Positions 25,234 through 39,994 of a stretch of 64,000 nt of DNA are shown piece by piece. A program made the translations under genes and the position numbers. A model generated the notes under the pieces. It was not told the DNA's origin, made no database searches, and saw only the letters and a program-made list of their open reading frames with translations. The number at the start of each line of letters is the position of its first letter. Position 1 is the first letter of the stretch. The stretch is from Haliotis cracherodii (Eukaryota). The stretch spans positions 186,001 through 250,000 of the forward strand of contig NW_027266343.1 of assembly GCF_022045235.1 (NCBI RefSeq), in the 5' to 3' direction.

Positions 25234-28200
25234 ATCCCTTCCTCCTCCTCTACCATACAATCCCTTCCTGTTCCTTTTCCATAGCAATCCTTTCATCCCC
25301 TTCTACCATACCCATCCCTTCCTCCTCCCTCTCTACAATACCAATCCCTTCCTTTTCCTCCTCCTCTTCCATACCCATCCCTTCCTCTTCCTATTACATA
25401 CCTATCCCTTCATCCTCCTCTTCAATACCAATCCCTTAATCCTCCTCATCCATACCCATCCCTTCCTCCTCCTCCTCTACCATACCCATTCCTTCCTCTT
25501 CCTCTACCATACCATCCCCACACCCTCCTCTTCAGCACCCAACCCTTCCTCTTCCTGTTACATACCAGTCCCTTCATCCTCCTCTTCAATACCCATCCCT
25601 TAATCCTCCTCTTCCATACTCATCCCTTCCTCCTCTACCATATCCATCCCTTCCTCCTCCTCTACAATATCCATCCCTTCCTCCTCCTCCTCCTCTACCA
25701 TACCCATCCCTTCCTCCTGCTCTACCATACCATCCCTACACCCTCCTCTTCCACACCCATCCCTTCCTCTTCCTGTTACATACCAATCCCTTCATCCTCC
25801 TCTTCAATACCCATCCCTTCATCCTCCTCATCCATACCCATCCCTTCCTCCTCCTCTACCATACCCATTCCTTCCTCCTCCTCTACCATACCATCCCTAC
25901 ACCCTCCTCTTCCACACCCATCCCTTCCTCTTCCTGTTACATACCAATCCCTTCATCCTCCTCTTGAATACCCATCCCTTGCTCCCTACCATACCCATCC
26001 CTTCCTGTTCCTCTTCCGTAGCAATTCATTCAACCCCTTCTACCATACCCATTCCTTCCTGCTTCCAAAACCAACCCTTCAACCTCTTCTACCATACCCA
26101 TCCCTACATCCTCCTCTACGATACCCATCCCTTCCTCCTCCCTCTCTACCATACCCATCCCTTCCTGTTCCTCTTCCATACCCATCCCTTCCTCCTCCCT
26201 GTCTACCATACCAATCCCTTCCTGTTCCTCTTCCATGCCAATCCCTTCAGCCCCTTCTACCATATCCATTCCTTCCTGCTCCATCTCCTCTACCATACCC
26301 CCTCTCATCATGCTCCTCAGCCATACCAATCCCTTCATCCCCTTCTACCATACCCATTCCTTCCTAGTCCATCTCTACCATATCCATCCCTTTCTCCTTC
26401 TCTTCCATACCCATTCCTTCCTTCTCCTTTACAATACCCACCCCTTCCTCCTCCTCTATCATACCCATCCCTTCCTCCTCCTCCTCCTCCTCCTCTACCA
26501 TACCAATCCCTTCCTCCTCCTCTACCATACCCATCCGCTCCTCCTCTTCAATACCCAATTCTTCCTACTCCTTTACCATAACCACCCCTTTCTCCTCCTC
26601 CCCCTCTACCATACCCACCCCTTCTTCCTCCAACTCAACCATACCCATCCCTTTCTTCCTGCTCCTCTACCATACCCATCCCATTCTCCTCCTCCCCCTC
26701 TACCATACCCATCCCTTCCTCCAACTCGACCATACCAATCCATTCATCCTCCTCTTCAATACCCATCCCTTCCTCCTCCTCTACCATACCAATCCCTTCC
26801 TGTTCCTCTTCCATAGCAATCCCTTCACCCCTTCTACCATACCCATCCCTTCATCCTCCTCTACCATACCCACCCCTTCCTCCTCCTCGACCATACCCAT
26901 CCCTTCCTCCTCATCCCCCTCTTCCATATGCACCCCTTCACACTTCTCTACCATACCCATCCCCTCCTCCTCTTCCATACCTGTTCCTTCCTCTTCCAAT
27001 ACCATACCCATCCCTTCCTCCTCCCTCTCTACCATACCAATCCCTTCAGCCCCTTCTACCATACACATTCCTTCCTGCTCCATCTCTTCTACCATACCCA
27101 CTCCCATCATGCCCCTCTACCATACAAATCCCTTCATCACCTTCTACAATACTCATTCCTTCCTGCTTCGATACCCACCCCTTCCTCCTCCTCGACCATA
27201 CCCATCCCTTCCTCCTCCTCCTCCTCTACCATGCCAATCCCTTCAACCCCTTCTACCATACCCATTCCCTTCTGCTCCATCTCCTCTACCATACCCCCTC
27301 CCATCATGCTCCTCTACCATACGAATCCCGTCATCCCCTACTACCATACTCATTCCTTCCTGCTTCCATACCCACCCCTTCCTCTTCCTCGACCATAACC
27401 ATCCCTTCCTCCTCCTCCTCCTCCTCGACCATACCCATCCTTTCCTCCTCCTCCTCCACCATACCAATCCCTTCCTCTTCCCTCTCTACCATACCAATCC
27501 CTTCCTGTTCCTCTTCCATGCCAATCCCTTCATCCCCTTCTACCATACCCATTCCTTCCTAGTCCATCTCTACCATATCCATCCCTTTCTCCTCTTCCCC
27601 CTCTGCCATATCCATCCCTTCCTCCTCCTCGACCATACCCATCCCTTCCTTCTGCTCCTCCTTACCATACCCATCCCTTCCTCCTCCCTCTCTACCACAC
27701 CCATCCCTGCACCCTCCTCTACCATACCCATCCCTTCCTCCTCCCTCTCTACCATATCCATCCCTTCCTCCTCCTCTACCATACCCATCCCTTCCCTCTC
27801 CTCCTCTACCATACCATCCCTACAACCTCCTCTTCCACACTCATCCTTTCCTCTTCCTATTACATACCTATACCTTCATTCTCCTCTTCAATACCCATCC
27901 CTTCATCCTCCTCTTCCATACCCATCCCTTCCTCCTCCTCTACCATACCAATCCCTTCCTGTTCCTTTTTCATAGCAATCCCTTCATCCCCTTCTACAAT
28001 ACCCATTCCTTCCTGCTTCCATACCCACTCCTTCCTCCACCTCGAACATACCCATCCCTTTCTCCTCCTCCCCCTCTACCATACATATTCCTTCCTCCTC
28101 ATCTACAATACCCATCCCTTTCTCCTCCTCCCCCTCTACCATACCCATCCCTTCATCCAGCTCGACCATACCCATCCCTTCCTTCCTCCTCATCTACCAT

Positions 28201-31200
28201 ACCCATCCCTTTCTCCTCCTCCCCCTCTACCATACCCATCCCTTCCTCCAACTCGACCATACCATTCCCTTCATCCTCCTCTTAAATACACATCCCTTCC
28301 TACTCCTCTTCCATACCCATCCCTTCCTCCCCCCTCTCTACCATATCCATCCCTTCTTCCTCTACCATACCCATCCCTTCCCTCTCCTCCTCTGCCATAC
28401 CATCCCTACACCCTCCTCTTCCACACTCATCCTTTCCTCTTCCTATTACATACCTATCCCTTCTTCTCTTCCATACCCATCCCTACACCCTCCTCTTCCA
28501 TACCCATCCCTATCACTTCATCCTTCCTCCTCATCTACCATACCCATCCCTTTCTCCTCCTCCCCCTCTACCATACCCATCCCTTCATCCCTTGACTATC
28601 AACTTCTTTCTGCATTTCTTTTAATTTTTCAGCTTCCTCTTCCATTTCTTTGACTCTGGCTTTGGAAGCCTCGAGTTCCGGATCTTCCGGATTATTCTCC
28701 TCACCCATACCAATCCCTTCATCCCCTTCTACCATACCAATTCCTTCCTAGTCCATCTCTACCATATCCATCCCTTTATCCTCCTCCTCCTCTACCATAT
28801 CCACCCGTTCCTACTCCTCGACCATACCCATCCCTTCCTCTTGCTCCTCCACTACCATACCCATCCCTTCCTCCTCCCTCTCTACCACAACCATCCCTAG
28901 ATCCCCCTCTACCATACCCATCCCTTCCTCCTCCCTCCCTACCATATCCAACCCTTCCTCCTCCTCTACCATACCCATCCCTTCCCTCTCCTCCTCTACC
29001 ATACCATCCCTTCCTGTTCCTCTTCCGTAGCAATCCCTTCACCCCCTTCTACCATACCCATTCCTTCCTGCTTCCATACCCATCCCTTCACCCTCTTCTA
29101 CCATACCCATTCCTTCCTCCTCCTCCTCTACCATACCCATCCCTTCCTCCTCCTCTTCCATACCCACCCCTTCACCCTTCTCTACCATACCCATCCGCTC
29201 CTCCTCCTCTTCCATACCCATTCCTTCCTCCTCCTCTACCATACCCATCCCCTTCTCCTCCTCCCCCTCTACCATACCCATCCCTTCCTCCAACTCGACC
29301 ATACCCATCCCTTCCTTCCTCCTCTACCATACCCATCCCTTTCTCCTCCTCCCCCTCTACCATACCCATCCTTTCCTCCAACTCGACCATACCATTCCCT
29401 TCATCCTCCTCTTCAATACCCATCCCTTCCTCCTCCTCTACCATACCAATCCCTTCCTGTTCCTCTTCCATAGCAATCCCGTCACCCCTTTCTAAAAATA
29501 CAGATTCCTTCCTGCTTCCATTCCCAACCCTTCCTCCTCCTCGACCATACCCCTCCCTTCCTCCTCCTCCTCCTCCTCCTCCTCCTCCTCCTCTACCATA
29601 CCAATCCCTTAATCTTACTCTTCCATACCCACCCCTTCACCCTCCTCTACCATACCCATCCCCTCCTCCTCTTCCATACCCATTCTTTCCTCCTCCTCTA
29701 CCATACCCATCCCTTCCTCCTCATCCTCCTCTTCCATACCCACCCCTTCACCCTTCTCTACCATACCCATCACCTCCACCTCTTCCCTACCCATTGCTTC
29801 CTCTTCTTCTACCATACCCACCCCTTCTTCCTCCTCCACCATACCCATCCCTTCCTCCTCATCCAAGTCTTCCATAGCAATCCCCTACTCCTCCTCTTCC
29901 ATACCCATTACTTCCTCTTCCTCTACCATACCCATCACTTTCTCCTCATCCCCCTCTCCCATACCCATCCCTTCCTCATCCTCTGCCATACCCATCCCTA
30001 CACCCTCCTCTTCCGTACCCATCCCTTCCTGTTCCTTTTACATACCTATCCCTTCATCCTCCTCTTCAATACCCATCCCTTCCTCCTCCTCTACCATACC
30101 ATACCCACCCCTTCTACCTCCTCCACCATACCCATCCCTTCCTCCTCATCCAAGTCTTCCATAGCCATCCCCTACTCCTCCTCTTCCATACCCATTACTT
30201 CCTCTTCCTCTACCATACCCATCACTTTCTCCTCATCCCCCTCTCCCATACCCATCCCTTCCTCATCCTCTGCCATACCCATCCCTACACCCTCCTCTTC
30301 CGTACCCATCCCTTCCTGTTCCTTTTACATACCTATCCCTTCATCCTCCTCTTCAATACCCATCCCTTCCTCCTCCTCTACCATACCCATCCCTTCATCC
30401 TCCTCTACCATATCCATCCCTTCCTCCTCCTCTACCATATCCATCCCTTCCTGTTCTTTTTCCATAGCAATCCCTTCACCCCCTTCTACCACACCCATTC
30501 CTTCCTGCCTGCTTCCATACCCATCCCTTTACCCTCTTCTACCATACCCATCCCTTCCTCCTCCTCCTCTTCCATACCCATTCCTTCCTCCTCCTCTACC
30601 ATACCCATTACTTCCTCTTCCTCTACCATACCCATCACTTTCTCCTCATCCCCCTCTCCCATACCCATCCCTTCCTCCTCATCCTCTAACATACCCATCC
30701 TGTCAACCTCCTCTGCCATACCCATCCCTTCTTCTCTTCCATACCCATCCCTTCCTCCTCCTCCTCCTCTTTCATACCCACCCCTTCACCCTTCTCTACC
30801 ATACACATCCCGTCCTCCTCCTCTTCCATACCCATTCCTTCCTCTTCTTTTACCATACCCACCCCTTCCTCTTCCTCGACCATACCATCCCTTCCTCCTC
30901 ATCCCTCTCTTCCATATGCACCCCATCACCCTTCTCTACCATACCCATCCTCTCCACCTCTTCCATACCCATTCCTTCCTCTTCCTCTACCATACCCATC
31001 CCTTCCTCCTCCTCCCTCTCTACCGTACCAATCCCTTCCTGTTCCCCTTCCATACCAATCCCTTCAGCCCCTTTTACCATACCCATTCCTTCCTGCTCCA
31101 TCTCTTCTACCATACCCCCTCCCATCATGCTCCTCTACCATACGAATCCCTTCCTCACCTTCTACCATACTCATTCCTTCCTGCTTCCATACCCACCCCT

Positions 31201-34200
31201 TCCCCCTCCTCTATCATACCCATCCCTTACTCCTCCTCTACCATACCCATCTCTTCCTCCTCCACTACCATACCATCCCTACACCCTCCTCTTCAGCACC
31301 CATCCCTTCCTCTTCCTATTATATACCAATCCCTTCCTCCTCCACCCCCTCTACTATGCCCATCCCTTCCTCCTCTTCGACCATACCCATCCTTTCCTCC
31401 TCCACCTCTACCATACCCATCCCTTCAACCTCCTCTACCATACCATCCCTACAACCTCCTCTGCTACACACATCCCTTCCTCTTCCTATTACATACCCAT
31501 CCGTTCATCTTCCTCTTCCATACCCATCCCTTCCTCCAACTCAACCATACCCATCCCTTCCTCCTCATCCTCTACCATACCAATCCCTTCAACCTCCTCT
31601 GCCATACCAATCCCTTCTTCTCTTCCATACCCATCCCTACACCCTCCTCTTTCATACCCATCCCTTCCTCTTCCTATTACATACCTATCACTTCATCCTT
31701 CCTTCCTCTACCATACCCATCCCTTTCTCCTCCCCCCCTCTACCATACATATTCCTTCCTCCTCATCTACCATACCCATCCCTTTCTCCTCCTCCCCCTC
31801 TACCATACCCATCCCTTCATCCAACTCTACCATACCCATCCCTTCCTTCCTCCTCATCTACCATACCCATCCATTTCTCCTCCTCCCCCTCGACCATACC
31901 CATCCCTTCCTCCTCCTCCTCCTCTACCATACCAATCCCTTCTTCCTCTTCTACCATACCAATCACTTCCTGTTCCTCTTCCATAGCAATCCCGTCACCC
32001 CTTTCTACTATACCCATTCCTTCCTGCTTCCATTCCCAACCCTTCCTCCTCCTCGACCATACCCATCCCTTCATCCTCCTCCTCCTCCTCCTCCTCTACC
32101 ATACCAATCCCTTAATCTTACTCTTCCATACCCACCCCTTCACCCTCCTCTACCATACCCATCCCCTCCTCCTCTTCCATACCCATTCTTTCCTTCTCCT
32201 CTACCATACCCATCCCTTCCTCCTCATCCTCCTCTTCCATACCCACCCCTTCACCCTTCTCTACCATACCCATCCCCTCCACCTCTTCCATACCCATTGC
32301 TTCCTCTTCTTCTACCATACCCAACCCTTCTTCCTCCTCCACCATACCCATCCCATTCTCTTCCTGTTACATACTAATCCCTTCATCCTCCTCTTCAATA
32401 CCCATCCCTTCCTCCTCTACCATACCCATCCCTTTCTCCTCCTCCCCTTCTACCACACCCATCCCCTCCCACTCCTCTTCCATACCCACACCTTCACCCT
32501 CCTCTACCATACCCATCCCCTCCTCCTCTTCCATACCCATTCCTTCCTCATCCTCTACCATACCCATCCCTTCCTTCTCATCCTCCTCTTCCATACCCAC
32601 CCCTTCACCCTTCTCTACCATACCCATCCCCTCCTCCTTCTCTTCCATACCCATTCCTTCCTCTTCTTCTACCATACCCATCCCTTCTTCCTCGTCGATC
32701 ATACCCATCCCTTCCTCCTCATCCCCCTCTCCCATACCCATCCCTTCACCCTTCTCTACCATACCCATCCCTTTCTTCTCCTCCCACTCGACCATACCCA
32801 TCCCTTTCTCCTCCTCTACCATACCAACCCCTTCCTCCTCCTCGACAATACCCATCCCTTCCTCCTCATCCCCCTCTTCCATATGCACCCCTTCACCCTT
32901 CTCTACCATACCCATCCCCTCCTCCTCTTCCATACCCATTCCTTCCTCTTCCTCTACCATACCCATCCCTTCCTCCTCATCCTCTACCAGACCCATCCCT
33001 TCAACATCATCTGCCATGCCAATCCCTTCTTCTATTCCCTACCCATCCCTACACCCTCCTCTTCCATACCCATCCCTTCCTCTTCCTATTACATACCTAT
33101 CCCTTCATACTCTCCTCTACCATACCCATCCCTTTCTCCTCCTCCCCCTCTACCATACCCATCCCTTCCTCCAACTCGACCATACCATTCCCTTCATCCT
33201 CCTCTTCAATACCCATCCCTTCCTCCTCCTCTACCATACCAATCCCTTCCTGTTCCTCTTCCATAGCAATCCCGTCACCCCTTTCTACCATACCGATTCC
33301 TTCCTGCTTCCATTCCCAACCCTTCCTCCTCCTCGACCATACCCCTCCCTTCCTCCTCCTCCTCCTCCTCCTCTACCATACCAATCCCTTAATCTTACTC
33401 TTCCATACCCACCCCTTCACCCTCCTCTACCATACCCATCCCCTCCTCCTCTTCCATACCCATTCTTTCCTCCTCCTCTACCATACCCATCCCTTCCTCC
33501 TCATCCTCCTCTTCCATACCCACCCCTTCACCCTTCTCTACCATACCCATCCCCTCCACCTCTTCCCTACCCATTGCTTCCTCTTCTTCTACCATACCCA
33601 CCCCTTCTTCCTCCTCCACCATACCCATCCCTTCCTCCTCATCCAACTCTTCCATACCCACCCTTTCATCCTTCTCTACCATACCCATCCCCTCCTCCTC
33701 CTCTTCCATACCCATTACTTCCTCTTCCTCTACCATACCCATCACTTTCTCCTCATCCCCCTCTCCGATACCCATCCCTTCCTCATCCTCTACCATACCC
33801 ATCCCGTCAACCTCCTCTGCCATACCCATCCCTTCTTCTCTTCCATACCCATCCCTACACCCTCCTCTTCCGTACCCATCCCTTCCTGTTAATATTACAT
33901 ACCTATCCCTTCATCCTCCTCTTCAATACCAATCCCTTCCTCCTCTACCATACCCATCCCTTCATCCTCCTCTACCATATCCATCCCTTCCTCCTCCTCT
34001 ACCATATCCATCCCTTCCTGTTCTTTTTCCATAGCAATCCCTTCACCCCCTTCTACCACACCAATTCCTTCCTGCCTGCTTCCATACCCATCCCTTTACC
34101 CTCTTCTACCATACCCATCCCTTCCTCCTCCTCCTCTTCCATACCCATTCCTTCTTCCTCCTCTACCATACCCATTACTTCCTCTTCCTCTACCATACCC

Positions 34201-37200
34201 ATCACTTTCTCCTCATCCCCCTCTCCCATACCCATCCCTTCCTCCTCATCCTCTACCATACCCATCCTGTCAACCTCCTCTGCCATACCCATCCCTTCTT
34301 CTCTTCCATACCCATCCTTTCCTCCTCCTCCTCCTCTTTCATACCCACCCCTTCACCCTTCTCTACCATACACATCCCCTCCTCTTCCTCTTCCATACCC
34401 ATTCCTTCCTCTTCTTTTACCATACCCACCCCTTCCTCTTCCTCGACCATACCATCCCTTCCTCCTCATCCCTCTCTTCCATATGCACCCCATCACCCTT
34501 CTCTACCATACCCATCCCCTCCACCTCATCCATACCCATTCCTTCCTCTTCCTCTACCATACCCATCCCTTCCTCCTCCTCCCTCTCTACCATACCAATC
34601 CCTTCCTGTTCCTCTTCCATACCAATCCCTTCAGCCCCTTCTACCATACCCATTCCTTCCTGCTCCATCTCTTCTACCATACCCCGTCCCATCATGCTCC
34701 TCTACCATACGAATCCCTTCATCACCTTCTACCATACTCATTCCTTCCTGCTTCCATACCCACCCCTTCCCCCTCCTCTATCATACCCATCCCTTCCTCC
34801 TCCTCTACCATACCCATCTCTTCCTCCTCCACTACCATACCATCCCTACACCCTCCTCTTCAGCACCCATCCCTTCCTCCAACTCAACCATACCCATCCC
34901 TTCCTCCTCATCCTCTACCATACCCATCCCTTCAACCTCCTCTGCCATACCAATCCCTTCTTCTCTTCCATACCCATCCCTACACCCTCCTCTTCCATAC
35001 CCATCCCTTCCTCTTCCTATTACATACCTATCACTTCATCCTTCCTTCCTCTACCATACCCATCCCTTTCTCCTCCTCCCCCTCTACCATACATATTCCT
35101 TCCTCCTCATCTACCATACCCATCCCTTTCTCCTCCTCCCCCTCTCCCATACCCATCCCTTCATCCAACTCGACCATACCCATCCCTTCCTTCCTCCTCA
35201 TCTTCCATACCCATCCATTTCTCCTCCTCCCCCTCTACCATACCCATCCCTTCCTCCTACTCGACCATACCATTCCCTTCATCCTCCTCTTCAATACCCA
35301 TCCCATCCTCCTCCTCTTCCATACCCATCCCTTCCTCCCCCCTCTCTACCATATCCATCCCTTCCTCCTTTACCATACCCATCTCTTCCCTCTCCTCCTC
35401 TACCATACCATCCCTACACCCTCCTCTTCCACACTCATCCTTTCCTCTTCCTATTACATACCTATCCCTTCCTCCTCCACCCCCTCTACTATGCCCATCC
35501 CTTCCTCCTCTTCGACCATACCCATCCTTTCCTCCTCCACCTCTACCATACCCATCCCTTCAACCTCCTCTACCATACCATCCCTACAACCTCCTCTGCT
35601 ACACACATCCTTCCACTTCCTATTACATACCCATCCGTTCATCTTCCTCTTCCATACCCATCCCTTCCTCCAACTCAACCATACCCATCCCTTCCTCCTC
35701 ATCCTCTACCATACCCATCCCTTCAACCTCCTCTGCCATACCAATCCCTTCTTCTCTTCCATACCCATCCCTACACCCTCCTCTTCCATACCCATCCCCT
35801 CCTCTTCCTATTACATACCTATCACTTCATCCTTCCTTCCTCTACCATACCCATCCCTTTCTCCTCCTCCCCCTCTACCATACATATTCCTTCCTCCTCA
35901 TCTGCCATACCCATCCCTTTCTCCTCCTCCCCCTCTACCATACCCATCCCTTCATCCAACTCGACCATACCCATCCCTTCCTTCCTCCTCATCTACCATA
36001 CCCATCCATTTCTCCTCCTCCCCCTCTACCATACCCATCCCTTCCTCCTACTGGACCATACCATTCCCTTCATCCTCCTCTTCAATACCCATCCCATCCT
36101 CCTCCTCTTCCATACCCATCCCTTCCTCCCCCCTCTCTACCATATCCATCCCTTCCTCCTCCTCTACCATACCCATCTCTTCCCTCTCCTCCTCTACCAT
36201 ACCATCCCTACACCCTCCTCTTCCACACTCATCCTTTCCTCTTCCTATTACATACCTATCCCTTCCTCCTCCACCCCCTCTACTATGCCCATCCCTTCCT
36301 CCTCTTCGACCATACCCATCCTTTCCTCCTCCACCTCTACCATACCCATCCCTTCAACCTCCTCTACCATACCATCCCTACAACCTCCTCTGCTACACAC
36401 ATCCCTTCCACTTCCTATTACATACCCATCCGTTCATCTTCCTCTTCCATACCCATCCCTTCCTCCAACTCAACCATACCCATCCCTTCCTCCTCATCCT
36501 CTACCATACCCATCCCTTCAACCTCCTCTGCCATACCAATCCCTTCTTCTCTTCCATACCCATCCCTACACCCTCCTCTTCCATACCCATCCCCTCCTCT
36601 TCCTATTACATACCTATCACTTCATCCTTCCTTCCTCTACCATACCCATCCCTTTCTCCTCCTCCCCCTCTACCATACATATTCCTTCCTCCTCATCTGC
36701 CATACCCATCCCTTTCTCCTCCTCCCCCTCTACCATACCCATCCCTTCATCCAACTCGACCATACCCATCCCTTCCTTCCTCCTCATCTACCATACCCAT
36801 CCATTTCTCCTCCTCCCCCTCTACCATACCCATCCCTTCCTCCTACTCGACCATACCATTCCCTTCATCCTCCTCTTCAATACCCATCCCATCCTCCTCC
36901 TCTTCCATACCCATCCCTTCCTCCCCTCTCTCTACCATATCCATCCCTTCCTCCTCCTCTACCATACCCATCTCTTCCCTCTCCTCCTCTACCATACCAT
37001 CCCTACACCCTCCTCTTCCACACTCATCCTTTCCTCTTCCTATTACATACCTATCCCTTCATCCTCCTCTTCCATAGCAATCCCTTCATCCCCTTCTACC
37101 ATACCCATTCCTTCCTGCTTCCATACCCAGCCCTTCCTCCTCCTCTACCATACCCATCTCTTCCTCCTCCACTACCATACCATCCCTACACCCTCCTCTT

Positions 37201-39994
37201 CAGCACCCATCCCTTCCTCTTCCTATTACATACCAATCCCTTCCTCCTCCACCCCCTCTACTATGCCCATCCCTTCCTCCTCTTCGACCATACCCATCCT
37301 TTCCTCCTCCACCTCTACCATACCCATCCCTTCAACCTCCTCTACCATACCATTCCTACAACCTCCTCTGCTACACACATCCCTTCCTCTTCCTATTACA
37401 TACCCATCCGTTCATCTTCCTCTTCCATACCCATCCCTTCCTCCAACTCAACCATACCCATCCCTTCCTCCTCATCCTCTACCATACCCATCCCTTCAAC
37501 CTCCTCTGCCATACCAATCCCTTCTTCTCTTCCATACCCATCCCTACACCCTCCTCTTCCATACCCATCCCTTCCTCTTCCTATTACATACCTATCACTT
37601 CATCCTTCCTTCCTCTACCATACCCATCCCTTTCTCCTCCTCCCCCTCTACCATACATATTCCTTCCTCCTCATCTACCATACCCATCCCTTTCTCCTCC
37701 TCCCCCTCTACCATACCCATCCCTTCATCCAACTCGACCATACCCATCCCTTCCTTCCTCCTCATCTACCATACCCATCCATTTCTCCTCCTCCCCCTCT
37801 ACCATACCCATCCCTTCCTCCTACTCGACCATACCATTCCCTTCATCCTCCTCTTCAATACCCATCCCATCCTCCTCCTCTTCCATACCCATCCCTCCCT
37901 CCCCCCTCTCTACCATATCCATCCCTTCCTCCTCCTCTACCATACCCATCTCTTCCCTCTCCTCCTCTACCATACCATCCCTACACCCTCCTCTTCCACA
38001 CTCATCCTTTCCTCTTCCTATTACATACCTATCCCTTCATCCTCCTCTTCCATAGCAATCCCTTAATCCCCTTCTACCATACCCATTCCTTCCTGCTTCC
38101 ATACCCAGCCCTTCCTCCACCTCGACCATACCCATCCCTTCCTCCTCCTCCTCCTCTACCATACCAATCCCTTCTTCCTCCTCTACCATACCAATCCCTT
38201 CCTGTTCCTCTTCCATAGCAATCCCGTCACCCCTTTCTACCATACCCATTCCTCCCTGCTTCCATTCCCAACCCTTCCTCCTCCTCGACCATACCCATCC
38301 CTTCCTCCTCCTCCTCCTCCTCCTCCTCCTCTACCATACCAATCCCTTAATCTTACTCTTCCATACCCACCCCTTCACCCTCCTCTACCATACCCATCCC
38401 CTCCTCCTCTTCCATACCCATTCTTTCCTTCTCCTCTACCATACCCATCCCTTCCTCCTCATCCTCCTCTTCCATACCCACCCCTTCACCCTTCTCTACC
38501 ATACCCATCCCCTCCACCTCTTCCATACCCATTGCTTCCTCTTCTTCTACCATACCCAACCCTTCTTCCTCCTCCACCATACCCATCCCTTTCTCTTCCT
38601 GTTACATACTAATCCCTTCATCCTCCTCTTCAATACCCATCCCTTCCTCCTCTACCATACCCATCCCTTTCTCCTCCTCCCCTTCTACCACACCCATCCC
38701 CTCCTCCTCCTCTTCCATACCCACACCTTCACCCTCCTCTACCATACCCATCCCCTCCTCCTCTTCCATACCCATTCCTTCCTCCTCCTTTACCATACCC
38801 ATCCCTTCCTTCTCATCCTCCTCTTCCATACCCACCCCTTCACCCTTCTCTACCATACCCATCCCCTCCTCCTTCTCTTCCATACCCATTCCTTCCTCTT
38901 CTTCTACCATACCCATCCCTACACCCTCTTCTACCATACCCATCCCTTCCTCCTCCCTTTCTACCATATCCATCCCTTCCTCCTTCTCTACCATACCCCA
39001 TCCCTTCCTCGTCCTCCTCCTCCACCAAACCTTCCCTACACCCTCCTCTTCCACACTCATCCCTTCCTCTTCCTATTACATACCCATCCCTTCACCCTCC
39101 TCGACCATACCCATCCTTTCCTCCTCATTATCCTCCTCCACCATACCAATCCCTTCCTCCTCCCTTCTACCATACCCATTCCTTCCTGCTCCATCTCCTC
39201 TACCATACCCCCTCCCATCATGCTCCTCAGCCATACCAATACTTTCATCCCCTTCTACCATACCCATTCCTTCCTAGTCCATCTCTACTATATCCATCCC
39301 TTTCTCCTCCTCCCCCTCTACCATATCCACCCCTTACTCCTCCTCGACCATACCCATCCCTTCCTCTTGCTCCTCCTCTACCATACCCATCCCTTCCTCC
39401 TCCCTCTCTACCACACCCATCCCTACACCCTCCTCTACCATACCCATCCCTTTCTCCTCCCTCTCTACCATATCCATCTCTTCCTCTTCCTCTACCATAC
39501 CCATCCCTTCCCTCTCCTCCTCTACCATACCATCCCTTCCTGTTCCTCTTCCGTAGCAATCCCTTCACCCCCTTCTACCATACCCATTCCTTCCCGCTTC
39601 CATACCCATCCCTTCACCCTCTTCTGCCATACCCATCCCTTCCTCCTCTACCATACCCATCCCTTCCTCCTCCTCTTCCATACCCACCCCTTCACCCTTC
39701 TCTACCATACCCATCCGCTCCTCCTCTTCCATACCCATTCCTTCCTCCAACTCGACCATACCCATCCCTTCCTTCCTCCTCCCCCTCTACCATACCCATC
39801 CCTTCCTCCAACTCGACCATACCCATCCCTTCCTTCCTCCTCTACCATACCCATACCTTTCTCCTCCTCCCCCTCTACCATACCCATCCTTTCCTCCAAC
39901 TCGACCATACCATTCCCTTCATCCTCCTCTTCAATACCCATCCCCTTCCTCCTCCTCTACCATACCAATCCCTTCCTGTTCCTCTTCCATAGCA
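25234..39994 (+). repeat. Pyrimidine-rich ~27-bp satellite, array 2a
   Basis: Continuous CCCTT(CCT)nCTACCATACCCAT variants with kb-scale higher-order duplications. Confidence 0.97.
28591..28708 (-). pseudogene. PABPN1: Fragment of nuclear poly(A)-binding protein (PABPN1/PABP2) coiled-coil coding sequence embedded in satellite
   Basis: Minus-strand translation (M)[38 protein letters not shown] matches the PABPN1 motif [32 protein letters not shown] (26/32 identical to the human sequence as I recall it). No RRM or other exons were seen in the window. Confidence 0.88.

Noticed and set aside
33016-38218. Very long ORFs (1353, 1174 aa and similar) rich in Pro/Ser/His/Leu, resembling extensin or shell-matrix proteins
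   Set aside because: All three + frames are open simultaneously because the G-poor strand rarely forms stops. 4-bp monomer deletions switch the peptide register arbitrarily, there is no signal peptide or splice context, and many starts are non-ATG.
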